From positions 2,018-66,017 of the forward strand of contig JACOWS010000004.1 in NCBI GenBank assembly GCA_016176685.1: a DNA stretch of 64,000 nt, read 5' to 3'. This document shows, piece after piece, positions 55,825 to 64,000 of the stretch. Numbering within the stretch: position 1 is the stretch's first letter; each line of letters begins with the position of its first letter. The stretch comes from Patescibacteria group bacterium (GTDB lineage: Bacteria; Patescibacteriota; Minisyncoccia; Phycocordibacterales; SBAW01). Both the position numbers and the translations under genes were made by a program. Under the pieces are notes generated by a model. That model was not told the origin of the DNA and searched no databases. It was given only the letters and a program-made list of their open reading frames with translations.

Positions 55825-56358
55825 TTAATTCGACCTTACTTTGAGTTTTGCGTGGCGGCCTTTGTCGAGTTTAGGGAGTCTAATGGTAAGCAAGCCATGC
55901 TTCTCGGAGGCTTCGGCCTCCTCAATTTCTACCTCCTGCGGCAGCACGATAGTACGGGAAAAAGAGCCCCAGTACAATTCTTGAAAGAAGAAATCGTCCC
56001 CGCCGCCTTCAGTATGCTGCTCGCGCTTGCCGCGGATGGTAACCATGTCGCGGGTGAGAGAGACATCCAGGTCTTCCGGCCTGACACCAGCAATCATCGC
56101 CTTTATCACAATATGAGTCGGCGTTTGGTACACATCTACTGAAAGCTCTCCCTCAAGCTCTTCTGCGGGCTCGGAAAGGAGCGAGCCATTTGTTGTACCC
56201 GCCGATGCACTTCCGGTTTTGCCCTTTATATTGAGCGTACGGCTTTCCCCAACGGCAGGTGTGGCGCTCCCGCTCTCGAGGTCGTCAAAAGAAAAATCTC
56301 GCTCGGCACTGCCGCCACCCGTTAGCCAGTCGAAAAGAGATTTTTTGTTGCGAGCCAT
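55825..56358 (-). CDS. Hsp20/alpha-crystallin family small heat shock protein
   Basis: Alpha-crystallin domain (VDVYQTPTHIVIKAMIAGVRPEDLDVSL...VTIRGKRE...GSFSRTIVLP...GLLTIRLPK) with an N-terminal extension. Confidence 0.8.
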   Translation of the reverse strand: MARNKKSLFDWLTGGGSAERDFSFDDLESGSATPAVGESRTLNIKGKTGSASAGTTNGSLLSEPAEELEGELSVDVYQTPTHIVIKAMIAGVRPEDLDVSLTRDMVTIRGKREQHTEGGGDDFFFQELYWGSFSRTIVLPQEVEIEEAEASEKHGLLTIRLPKLDKGRHAKLKVRSN

Positions 56359-56380
56359 AGTAAATAGGTTCTAAAATATG

Positions 56381-57133
56381 TTAACAATAATCCCTCGCGG
56401 GTAGTTTTACCCTCTCAACCAGTAGTAAAGCCGCAACAATTCCGCACCAGATGAGGAGGAATATCCAGAAAGTGGCTCCACTGCTCGTTCCTAGTATAAA
56501 AAAATTAAACAGCGTATGCAAGACAACGGCGAGGATAACTCCGGCGGCGGCCGCAAACCAGCGCGCAGCGACGCTTTTGTAAAAAGCAAATGCAAGCGCT
56601 ACGCCTATTGTGGCCGAGGAGAGCGTGTGCAGGAGCGTAGCGCCGATAAAGCGCAGGTCTCCCGTCACCACGGTACGCAGTGCGTCGCCCTGGCTTAAGG
56701 GCCCCATCAAAAAGAGCGTGTTTTCTATGGCGGAGAAGCCCAGTGCCGCCGTTACCAGGTAGATAACGGCGTCCAACGGCTCGTCAAATACCGCACTGCG
56801 CAGGGCTATAAAGTAAGCGGCCGCAAATTTGGCAAGCTCTTCAATAATCGCCCAGGAGAACAGCACTAGCGGGGTAGAGACGTGCAGGCCCAATAGCAGT
56901 AGCGGGTGGGGAGTGGAAGAGGCAAGAACTTGTTGCATAAAAAGCTCAAGGTAGTAAACAGGGAAAATCGCGAGCCCGCCGGCTATAAAAGTGAGTATTA
57001 TGTAGCGCTTGGGCTCTGGATCGCAGCGATCCTCCAGGAGCCAAAAAAACAGCCACAGGAGGGCGGGCAGAACTCCGCCCAAAAAGGCAATCGCCAACAC
57101 CGGAGAGAACATACCGTATAGTATATAGCACAA
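56381..57133 (-). CDS. PrsW/CPBP-type intramembrane metalloprotease family protein
   Basis: Polytopic protein with EELAKF, FSAIEN and H...N motifs typical of PrsW-like proteases. Confidence 0.55.
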   Translation of the reverse strand: MCYILYGMFSPVLAIAFLGGVLPALLWLFFWLLEDRCDPEPKRYIILTFIAGGLAIFPVYYLELFMQQVLASSTPHPLLLLGLHVSTPLVLFSWAIIEELAKFAAAYFIALRSAVFDEPLDAVIYLVTAALGFSAIENTLFLMGPLSQGDALRTVVTGDLRFIGATLLHTLSSATIGVALAFAFYKSVAARWFAAAAGVILAVVLHTLFNFFILGTSSGATFWIFLLIWCGIVAALLLVERVKLPARDYC

Positions 57134-57148
57134 ACTCTCTTGCAGGGG

Positions 57149-59305
57149 CTATTCGCGAACTTGTGGCCACGGTGCCACCATCAATAGCTCTTTTGTGCCG
57201 GGTATGGACCCCCAAATTTCTTCGGTAATAAACGGCATGAACGGGTGCAAGAGCTTGAGCGAGCCGGACAACACGGACATAAGCAGGCGTTTGCGGGAAG
57301 CGACCTCTTCCGGCGTGCCGGTTTTGAGTATTGACTTGCTCTCTTCCAGTATGTTTGCGGCAAACTCGTCCCACAGGTAGTGATATATTTTTTCCGCAGC
57401 GAGGTAGATGCGGTACTCCTCAAGGTCATGGGTTATGTCGGTTGCGAGCGCATCAAACTGCGCCTGGCACTCTTGGTCTTTGGCAACCAAGGCAAGGCCT
57501 TGGGAACCCGGGCTTAAGGCGTTGCCTTGGTCTGTATTTTCCAACACAAAGCGCGCGACATTCCACAGCTTGTTTGCAAAGTGTTTGTAAGATCGTATTT
57601 TGTCTTCGGCAAGGGCCATATCAGTTCCCGGCGTGTTACCGATCAGTAGCGCCATACGCAGTGCGTCAGTCCCGTACTTTTCGGCGACGTCGAGCGGGTT
57701 TATCACGTTGCCTTTGCTTTTGCTCATTTTTTGCTTTTGAGCATCGCGCACCAAGCCATGCAGGTACACGTCGCGGAAAGGCACCTCGCCCGTGCGGTAG
57801 AGCCCGAGCATTATCATCCGCATGACCCAGAAAAATAGAATGTCATGCCCCGTCTCCATAACACTGGTAGGGTAGTGGTTTTTGAAGTCAGGCGAGTCCG
57901 GGTAGCCGAGTGCCGCAAACGGCCATTGTCCGGAAGAGAACCAGGTATCAAAGGTGTCCGTGTCACGCACCCAACCCTCCCCGGGCGGCTTTTCGCCGAT
58001 ATACATTTCTTCACTAGCCCCCTCCTGTGCGGTCTTGGGCCGAAACCAGGCGGGGATGGGGATACCCCACACTATCTGGCGGGAAATGTTCCAGTCGCGC
58101 AATTGCTCCAGCCAATGAAAGAAAATTTTTCGATATTGCTCGCTCACAAAATGCACGCGTCCGTCTTCAACCGCCGTGCGGGCAAGGTCGGCGAGAGGCG
58201 CCATTTTGACAAACCATTGCGGCAAAATGCGCGGTTCGAGCACATCATTTTCATTTTTGTAATTGACCAGGACGGTATGAGTATACTCCGCATCCACTTT
58301 CTCCACTAAACCTTTCTCGGCCAAGTCTTTTGCCACCGCCGCGCGTGCCTCCATAACCTTCATCCCGGCATATTTACCGCACTTTTCCGTGAGTCTGCCA
58401 TAGCGGTCTATAACCTCAACCGCGGGGAGGTTGTGGCGCTGTGCTACCTCGAAGTCGTTGGGGTCGTGTGCCGGAGTGATTTTGACCACCCCGGTTCCAA
58501 ACTCGGGGTCCACATACTCGTCGGCTATGACTTTTAGCTTAACTCTGCCGATAAGGCCATCAAACTCAATTTCTTTGCCTACCCATTCTTTGTAGCGAGA
58601 GTCATTGGGGTTAACAGCCACTGCGGTATCACCAAACTTGGTTTCCGGCCGCACGGTTGCAAGTACAAACGGCCCGTATTTAAGGTAGTACAGCGGGTCT
58701 TTGCGCTCCACCGCCCTTGTTTCAAGGTCGGAAAGGGACGTTTGGTACTTGGTCGACCAATTGACCGGCCGTACCCCGCGGTACACGAGCCCGTCATCGT
58801 AGAGTTTTTTAAACGTGTCGTAAACCGTTTTTATAATGTCGGGGTCGAGGGTAAATTTCTCTCGGCTCCAGTCGCACGATGCGCCAAGCTGGCGTAGCTG
58901 GCCCTCGGTAAATTTTTTATTTTCAAGCGTAAAGGCAAGCGTCTCTTTATAAAATTCCTCGCGCTCCATCTTAAAGCGCGAACGGCCTTCTTTCTCCAGC
59001 TTTTTTTCATACACAATTTGGGTTTCAAACCCGGCGTGGTCCATGCCCGGCAACCACAGCGTTTTGTACCCTTGCATGCGCTTAAAGCGGATAAGGAGGT
59101 CTTGAAGCGTCACAAAGAGCGCGTGCCCCACATGCAAAGAGCCGTTGGCATTAGGCGGCGGCATAATAATCGTGTAGGGCTCGGTGCACTCGCCGGGCAG
59201 ATTGTCTGGGTTAAAGTAGCCCGACTCCTCCCATTTTTTGTATAGGGGGCCTTCTACCTCTGTGGGGTCATACGGCTTTTTAAACTTATCGAGCATACCG
59301 CTCAC
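57149..59305 (-). CDS. valS: Valine--tRNA ligase (short form lacking C-terminal coiled coil)
   Basis: PPPNANGSLHVGHAL (HIGH) and KMSKSKGN. 718 aa. Confidence 0.85.
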   Translation of the reverse strand: MSGMLDKFKKPYDPTEVEGPLYKKWEESGYFNPDNLPGECTEPYTIIMPPPNANGSLHVGHALFVTLQDLLIRFKRMQGYKTLWLPGMDHAGFETQIVYEKKLEKEGRSRFKMEREEFYKETLAFTLENKKFTEGQLRQLGASCDWSREKFTLDPDIIKTVYDTFKKLYDDGLVYRGVRPVNWSTKYQTSLSDLETRAVERKDPLYYLKYGPFVLATVRPETKFGDTAVAVNPNDSRYKEWVGKEIEFDGLIGRVKLKVIADEYVDPEFGTGVVKITPAHDPNDFEVAQRHNLPAVEVIDRYGRLTEKCGKYAGMKVMEARAAVAKDLAEKGLVEKVDAEYTHTVLVNYKNENDVLEPRILPQWFVKMAPLADLARTAVEDGRVHFVSEQYRKIFFHWLEQLRDWNISRQIVWGIPIPAWFRPKTAQEGASEEMYIGEKPPGEGWVRDTDTFDTWFSSGQWPFAALGYPDSPDFKNHYPTSVMETGHDILFFWVMRMIMLGLYRTGEVPFRDVYLHGLVRDAQKQKMSKSKGNVINPLDVAEKYGTDALRMALLIGNTPGTDMALAEDKIRSYKHFANKLWNVARFVLENTDQGNALSPGSQGLALVAKDQECQAQFDALATDITHDLEEYRIYLAAEKIYHYLWDEFAANILEESKSILKTGTPEEVASRKRLLMSVLSGSLKLLHPFMPFITEEIWGSIPGTKELLMVAPWPQVRE

Positions 59306-59343
59306 TTTAGCATTTTAAGGTTCGACCTTGAAGAGCCTCGTGT

Positions 59344-60561
59344 TTAAGGTCGAACCTTGGCAATTGAGAGGTTTCCCACGGCACGAACTTCCTCTTTGGC
59401 CGCGTCATCGAGGCCGGCAAGAGCGCGGGCCAGGGCCGCTTCGGCTATCATAATCGCGTTGTCGCCGGTAATAGAGAGCTCGGGCAGGCGCACCTCTACA
59501 CCAGGAAACTCGTCGGCCACTAGTTTTTGCAACGTAACGCGCAGGTAAGCGTTGGCCGCAACCCCGCCGCCAATGACAAATGTTTGTGCACCAGTTTGTA
59601 TAAGCGCTTTGCGCGTTTTTGCGACAAATACATCCGCCACCGCATCTTCAAACTCGCGGGCAAACGCCGCCTTTTCTTCTTTGATTAAAGGCGACTCCTT
59701 AGCCCGGGAAGGTGTCGCCTTGGTGTATTCACGTAACGCATAGAGCGCCGCCGTCTTAAGGCCAGAGAACGAGACGTCGCAATTGTCTGTCTTGATCATG
59801 GGACGTGGAAGCCTCCAAGAAAAACCCTCCAGCAAAGGTCCTCGGGTTTCCCCACTCGCCGACAATCTGCCAGTCGGCGAGGTGGGGCCAGACCATTTGC
59901 CAGAGGGTTTTTCTCTCCGGCTTTGTATCGCCAGTTTCGAAATCTCCGGCCCGCCGGGGTAGGGGAGCCCGAGCATCCGAGCCACCTTGTCGAACGCCTC
60001 GCCCACAGCATCGTCCAAGGTCTCTCCGATCACTTCATATTTAAACCACTCCCGCATTAGCACAAACTCGGTATGCCCGCCGGAGATTAAAAGAGCCAAC
60101 ACCGGCAGCTGCACCCCCCGCAACTCACCGGACATACCAACATTCTCAAGTTTGTTGGTATGTCGTATGAGGGAGGAAATCAAATGGCCTTCCATATGGT
60201 TTGCGGGGAGGAGCGGCTTGTGCCAATCCTGCGCAAGCTTTTTTGCAAACTCGATGCCCTGCCACAGCGCGGGCTCGAGCCCGGGCCCCGCCGTTACCGC
60301 AATAGCGTCAATATCTAACGGCGACTCCTTAGCCCGGGGGGGTGTTGCCTTGAAGATTTGTTCAAAAAGTATCGGCAAGTTTTTTTGATGCTCGCGCTTG
60401 GCCAGGTTGGGGTACACGCCGCCGTAGGGCGCGTGTAGTTTGGCTTGCGAGAGGAGCGTGGCCTTCAGTACGCGAAAGGAGAAGCCGTCAGAGATTTTTT
60501 CTCCTTCGACAACGGCCACACCGGTTTCATCACAACTTGTTTCGATTGCAAGAATTTTCAT
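59344..60561 (-). CDS. tsaD: tRNA N6-adenosine threonylcarbamoyltransferase TsaD (Kae1/YgjD family) with three short insertions
   Basis: MKILAIETSCDETGVAVV, HMEGHL and SGGHTEF motifs. 405 aa against a typical length of about 340. Confidence 0.85.
   Translation of the reverse strand: MKILAIETSCDETGVAVVEGEKISDGFSFRVLKATLLSQAKLHAPYGGVYPNLAKREHQKNLPILFEQIFKATPPRAKESPLDIDAIAVTAGPGLEPALWQGIEFAKKLAQDWHKPLLPANHMEGHLISSLIRHTNKLENVGMSGELRGVQLPVLALLISGGHTEFVLMREWFKYEVIGETLDDAVGEAFDKVARMLGLPYPGGPEISKLAIQSRREKPSGKWSGPTSPTGRLSASGETRGPLLEGFSWRLPRPMIKTDNCDVSFSGLKTAALYALREYTKATPSRAKESPLIKEEKAAFAREFEDAVADVFVAKTRKALIQTGAQTFVIGGGVAANAYLRVTLQKLVADEFPGVEVRLPELSITGDNAIMIAEAALARALAGLDDAAKEEVRAVGNLSIAKVRP
59688..59723 (+). 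repeat. 34-nt hairpin-forming repeat, copy A, inside tsaD (AAGGCGACTCCTTAGCCCGGGAAGGTGTCGCCTT)
   Basis: Near-identical to the copy at 60317..60352. Contains an 8-bp inverted repeat AAGGCGAC/GTCGCCTT. Encodes KATPSRAKESPL in the tsaD frame. Confidence 0.6.
60317..60352 (+). repeat. 34-nt hairpin-forming repeat, copy B, inside tsaD
   Basis: GGCGACTCCTTAGCCCGGGGGGGTGTTGCCTT. Encodes KATPPRAKESPL. Confidence 0.6.
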
Positions 60562-60652
60562 ACTGTTTACACGGAGTTTGTCGAAATGTGGTCACAAATA
60601 ACTTTTTGCCGTCACAAAAAGTTTTCGCGACCCCGGCTCGCGGCCGCACTAG

Positions 60653-60725
60653 TGCGCGGTGCAGGACTTGAACCTGCGACCCTCCCCACGTCAAGGGGAT
60701 GCTCTACCAACTGAGCTAACCGCGC
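60653..60725 (-). tRNA. tRNA-Val (anticodon GAC)
   Basis: Acceptor GCGCGGT/ACCGCGC; anticodon arm TCCCC-TTGACGT-GGGGA; T-arm GCAGG-TTCAAGT-CCTGC. Confidence 0.85.
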
Positions 60726-60800
60726 ATACGTCAAAAGACGGCTTTTACTATAGCCGTCTTTTACAGTCTTTTCAATTCCGCCGCCGTGCAACACGCTCGG

Positions 60801-61076
60801 TTACTCGTGATGCCTGTGCACGGTAAATAAGTCGGCAAATTTTATTTTAGCGATACCAAATAGATAGATAATCTCCAAAATTCCCAAGGTGTTTACCACC
60901 AAAAGAATCACAAACCACCACGGGTGGCCGCGCTGGCCCGCATGCCACAGTGCAAGCCCTTTCCAAAACAAGCTCCACAGCAAGACCGCAACAAACCCAA
61001 GCCCGGCAAGCGGTAGCATCCAGCCGCCTGCTCCAAACCCCATTGCGTATTCAAAACTATTAAATCCACTAGCCAT
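60801..61076 (-). CDS. Small hypothetical membrane protein (91 aa)
   Basis: Two TM helices. WHAGQRGHPWWFVILL motif. Confidence 0.4.
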   Translation of the reverse strand: MASGFNSFEYAMGFGAGGWMLPLAGLGFVAVLLWSLFWKGLALWHAGQRGHPWWFVILLVVNTLGILEIIYLFGIAKIKFADLFTVHRHHE

Positions 61077-61333
61077 AAAGCGTGATGTTTATGAGTATAT
61101 ATAAATTATACCACGTGGCGAGGACGATGCCCGGAACTTTGAACCAACTGCGGCCCACCGAAGCCTTGTGCGAAGGGGGCAAACGTGGCTCAAATTCAAG
61201 TATCTTGATAAAAGCATACGCGAATTGAGGGCTTATGTTCAAGTAACATCCGTAATGGTTTGAGGTGCCTAAGCCGAAATCTGACAAGGGGCAAAATGCT
61301 GTAGATTATCCCTTAGGAAATGACAATATCTAA

Positions 61334-62083
61334 CTATAAATTAGCTTTGATTTTATCACTAATACTATTGGTCTTCTCGATAATTTTATTTCTCATCTCC
61401 TCAGTGATCTGACCAATTTCTTTGTCTGTTTTTTCTGCGTTAGCGATAATTTCATCCAGTTTATCTAGAGTCGGATTTGTAAAATTAGTTCCACTCATAA
61501 TTAACTGTAAATTAATCTGATAATTTTTGATTACGTTTATATTATCTGTTGCCATAGCACTCAATTTGTTTAACATCTCATTCCACTTTTCACATTCATC
61601 TCTGAAATACGTATCCGCATAAGCCACAACTATCTGAAATCCATCGTCAATGTCTTTCTTTGATAGGGTATCGTTGAAATCCATGAACACTTGTTTTTTC
61701 TTTATTGCATCCTGATGGCTTTTTAGAGTTTTGACAATAATGTCACTTTTTTGCTTAATTGCGATCAATTTACTTATTATTGCTAAACCATTATTTCTTA
61801 CCGATTCCCAAACATTGATGTTATAGGTTAGCTTTCTATCTTTTGTGTTCTGCCAAATACTGACCATGAGAGTAATAACTGTTAAAAATCCGAGTACAAA
61901 GTTCGCGTCAATTTTTTGTTCAGAGAGGTAATCTCTAAATGATGGGTATGCTAAATATAGACCGAAAAATAAAACAACGATTGTTATCAATATTTGTATC
62001 GTTTTTCCTTTCAAGATAGTTTTTAGGTGTAATAGGTTACTCATAATCTTAATGCTTTTTGTCATGAGGCGGATTCGGGTCAT
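61334..62083 (-). CDS. Single-pass membrane protein with coiled-coil ectodomain (hypothetical), AT-rich island 2
   Basis: N-terminal TM (IQILITIVVLFFGLYLAY), a Lys/Asn/Ile-rich body, and about 33% GC. 35-nt overlap with the upstream DUF2188 gene. Confidence 0.5.
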   Translation of the reverse strand: MTRIRLMTKSIKIMSNLLHLKTILKGKTIQILITIVVLFFGLYLAYPSFRDYLSEQKIDANFVLGFLTVITLMVSIWQNTKDRKLTYNINVWESVRNNGLAIISKLIAIKQKSDIIVKTLKSHQDAIKKKQVFMDFNDTLSKKDIDDGFQIVVAYADTYFRDECEKWNEMLNKLSAMATDNINVIKNYQINLQLIMSGTNFTNPTLDKLDEIIANAEKTDKEIGQITEEMRNKIIEKTNSISDKIKANL

Positions 62084-62291
62084 GTCCTGGAGCTACGGTG
62101 TCACTGTCTCGGATAGGTCCTTTTGGAGTATGGATTCTTACTTCACCGCCACTGGTATTCGCAGAGAATCGTTTTGCCGCTTTTTCTGCTTCAGCTTGAG
62201 TATCATAATAACCAGCAGCTCGATCTGCTCCTTCTCGCTTTGCTTTCCAGTCGCCCGATTCTTTGTCTTTTGTAACGTGATAATTTGACAT
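62049..62291 (-). CDS. DUF2188 domain protein
   Basis: MSNYHVTKDKESGDWKAKREGADRAAGYYDTQAEAEKAAKRFSANTSGGEVRIHTPKGPIRDSDTV matches the DUF2188 pattern. Confidence 0.65.
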   Translation of the reverse strand: MSNYHVTKDKESGDWKAKREGADRAAGYYDTQAEAEKAAKRFSANTSGGEVRIHTPKGPIRDSDTVAPGHDPNPPHDKKH

Positions 62292-62347
62292 GGTTTTTGT
62301 GGATAACTTAACTTGTATACATTCTAATTATCATCTATACTATCAGC

Positions 62348-64000
62348 ATGCTCACAAAAAAGCAAGTGCAAGTGCTTGATTTCATCAAATCTTATAGATC
62401 AAAGCATGAGTATGCCCCCTCTCTTGAGGAAATAAGGCAAAAATTTAAACTAGCTTCTGCTTCCACATCTCACTATTACATCAGCAAACTCCAAGATGCT
62501 GGCTTTTTAAATAAGGAGCACAATCAACCCCGGGCTGTCTCCACAGTAGAAGCAAAGCAAATGATAGAGATTCCTATTCTTGGGGCAATTGCCGCTGGTC
62601 AACCCATTGAGGCCATAGAAATTTCCGATGAGACTATCACGATTGCAAAGGATGAAATTGGTAAGCAAGGAAAGCATTACGCTCTGCGTGTTCAAGGTAG
62701 CAGTATGATTGATGAGGGTATTTTTGATGGTGACATTGTTGTAATCCGCAAACAAGAGGTAGCAGAAAATGGTCAGACCGTTGTAGCAGTCATTGATGAT
62801 AACGAAGCAACACTCAAAAAGCTGTACCGTGAAAATGGGAAGTTCAGACTCCAGCCGGCAAATCCGACACTTTTCCCAATATATCGTGACGAAGTTGAAG
62901 TAAGAGGGGTAGTTGTAAAAATCATTCGCAATCTTGAATCGCAACTGGATCAAGGGCAATCAAGAGATGAAAAGTATGTCCGTAAAATAGATTATTCATG
63001 GGATTACAGAGGAGAAAAAACAAAATCATACACACATGGAATACATACCTATCCTGCAATGTTCATTCCGCAAGTTGGGCGAAGATTATTAGAAACTTAT
63101 AGTAAAGAGGGTGATACGATTTGTGATATCTTCTGTGGTTCCGGTTCAGCTTTAGTCGAAAGTAGATTGATTGGAAGAAATGCCTACGGCATTGATCTTA
63201 ATCCTTTGGCTATTTTTCTTGCGAAAGCAAAGACAACTCCGATCAATCCTCAAAAATTAACAAAGGAGTATATCGCTTTGTTAGATCGAGTAGAAAAAAT
63301 TAAAGATAACGAGATAAAAAGGCCAGATTTTAAGAATATTGATTTTTGGTTCAAAAATAAGGTAATAATTAAACTTGCAAAATTAAAGAAAACTATACGT
63401 GCAATAAAAGATGAGACGATTCAGAATTTCTTGATGGTCGCTTTTAGTGAGACAGTTCGCTATTCCTCAAACACAAAGACCGGTGAGTTTAAACTGGTTC
63501 GGGTTAAAGGCGACAAATTGGAAAAACATGATCCGGACGTCATTGGTATATTTCGCAAACACGCTGAAAAAAATATAGCTGGAATGACTGAATTCTACAA
63601 AGATGCCAAAAAGGATTCGTGGACAAAAATAATCTATGGGGATTCTTCAAAAGATAATGGGATTAAAGCCAATTCTATTGATTGCATTGTTACCTCACCC
63701 CCATACGGCGATAGTCGCACCACAGTAGCTTATGGACAGTTTTCACGCCTTTCTGCTCAATGGATTGATGTGTTTGAGGATCCAAATGACGCCTCAGGGG
63801 TAGATAACGACCTTCTTGGCGGTAGAGCTACTAAAAATTTAATTCATGCACTCTCATCTGCTTATCTCAAAGAATCCTTAGAAAAAATTGCTAAGCAAGA
63901 CGAGGCAAGGGCAAAAGATGTATTGAGCTTTAATCTCGGATTGAATGAGTGTTTGAAGCAGGCTCATAGAATCCTTAAACCAGGAAAGTATTTTTGCCTT
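62348..64000 (+). CDS. LexA-like repressor (wHTH + S24 self-cleaving peptidase) fused in frame to a DNA amino-methyltransferase domain (3' truncated by window edge)
   Basis: Not in the ORF track because there is no stop in the window. By hand translation from the ATG at 62348 the frame stays open for 551 aa. Residues 1-197 are LexA-like (HTH; AAGQP cleavage site at about 82-86; GSSM Ser119; EATLKKL Lys157). From about residue 214 it is MTase-like (DYSWDY...HTYPAMF...DIFCGSGS motif I at 262-267, GIDLNPLA, SPPY motif IV at 450-453, RILKPGKYF). Confidence 0.55.
   Translation, partial: MLTKKQVQVLDFIKSYRSKHEYAPSLEEIRQKFKLASASTSHYYISKLQDAGFLNKEHNQPRAVSTVEAKQMIEIPILGAIAAGQPIEAIEISDETITIAKDEIGKQGKHYALRVQGSSMIDEGIFDGDIVVIRKQEVAENGQTVVAVIDDNEATLKKLYRENGKFRLQPANPTLFPIYRDEVEVRGVVVKIIRNLESQLDQGQSRDEKYVRKIDYSWDYRGEKTKSYTHGIHTYPAMFIPQVGRRLLETYSKEGDTICDIFCGSGSALVESRLIGRNAYGIDLNPLAIFLAKAKTTPINPQKLTKEYIALLDRVEKIKDNEIKRPDFKNIDFWFKNKVIIKLAKLKKTIRAIKDETIQNFLMVAFSETVRYSSNTKTGEFKLVRVKGDKLEKHDPDVIGIFRKHAEKNIAGMTEFYKDAKKDSWTKIIYGDSSKDNGIKANSIDCIVTSPPYGDSRTTVAYGQFSRLSAQWIDVFEDPNDASGVDNDLLGGRATKNLIHALSSAYLKESLEKIAKQDEARAKDVLSFNLGLNECLKQAHRILKPGKYFCL

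Noticed and set aside
60317-60363. Apparent frame inconsistency in tsaD when retranslated by hand around 60328-60360
   Set aside because: My manual reading produced a 1-nt offset relative to the supplied 405-aa ORF, which is fully TsaD-like. I attribute this to a hand-transcription or counting error and trust the ORF track. The repeat coordinates may therefore be off by 1 nt.
1-64000. CRISPR arrays, rRNA genes, transposases or integrases
   Set aside because: No regularly spaced direct repeats, no rRNA-like conserved blocks, and no DDE, tyrosine or serine recombinase-like ORFs were seen in either AT-rich island or elsewhere.

Overview
This window is high-GC (about 55-60%), gene-dense bacterial chromosome. 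Its gene content resembles a small-genome, possibly Patescibacteria/CPR-like organism (inference only): ftsEX, pyrG, a class II RNR with a B12 salvage set, BipA, LepA, GroES/EL, MurJ, ValRS, TsaD, RNase J, a sortase/LPXTG pair, and many small secreted or membrane hypotheticals.

I identified seven tRNA genes by hand: Gln-CTG, Ser-GGA, Gly-CCC, Arg-CCT, Phe-GAA and Val-GAC, plus an unlisted RNase P RNA (rnpB) on the minus strand near 46.4-46.7 kb. Several ORFs in the supplied track (which also allows GTG/TTG starts) are antisense shadows or lie over RNA genes.

The most interesting material is two sharply AT-rich islands (about 35-40% GC), each adjacent to a tRNA gene:
- Island 1, right after tRNA-Gln (about 3.5-6.2 kb), carries a 597-aa GHKL/Bergerat-fold (MORC-like HATPase_c) ATPase that is translationally coupled to a 189-aa gene with no recognisable family. 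A small basic ORF sits upstream, and GC-rich hairpins sit near the right-hand (6.2 kb) end. This is a candidate undescribed defence/anti-MGE cassette.
- Island 2, next to tRNA-Val (about 61.1 kb to the window end), carries a DUF2188 gene plus a single-TM coiled-coil protein. Divergent from these is an ORF in which an apparently intact LexA-type repressor (wHTH, Ala-Gly cleavage site, Ser/Lys dyad) appears fused in frame to a DNA amino-methyltransferase domain (FCGSGS and SPPY motifs). The ORF runs off the window.

Other points of interest:
- A second, canonical lexA elsewhere in the window.
- A HicB-HicA toxin-antitoxin pair.
- An Atl-like alkyltransferase with Trp in place of the active Cys.
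- A 34-nt hairpin-forming element present twice, in frame, inside tsaD.
- An RNR-II / PduO / DUF4430 / S-component cobalamin operon.
- A Cys-rich tandem-repeat secreted protein.
- A long ORF-free region after tRNA-Phe.
- A micro-repeat plus terminator region after tRNA-Ser.

No CRISPR array, rRNA, transposase or integrase was found. All coordinates come from hand counting and may be off by a few nt.
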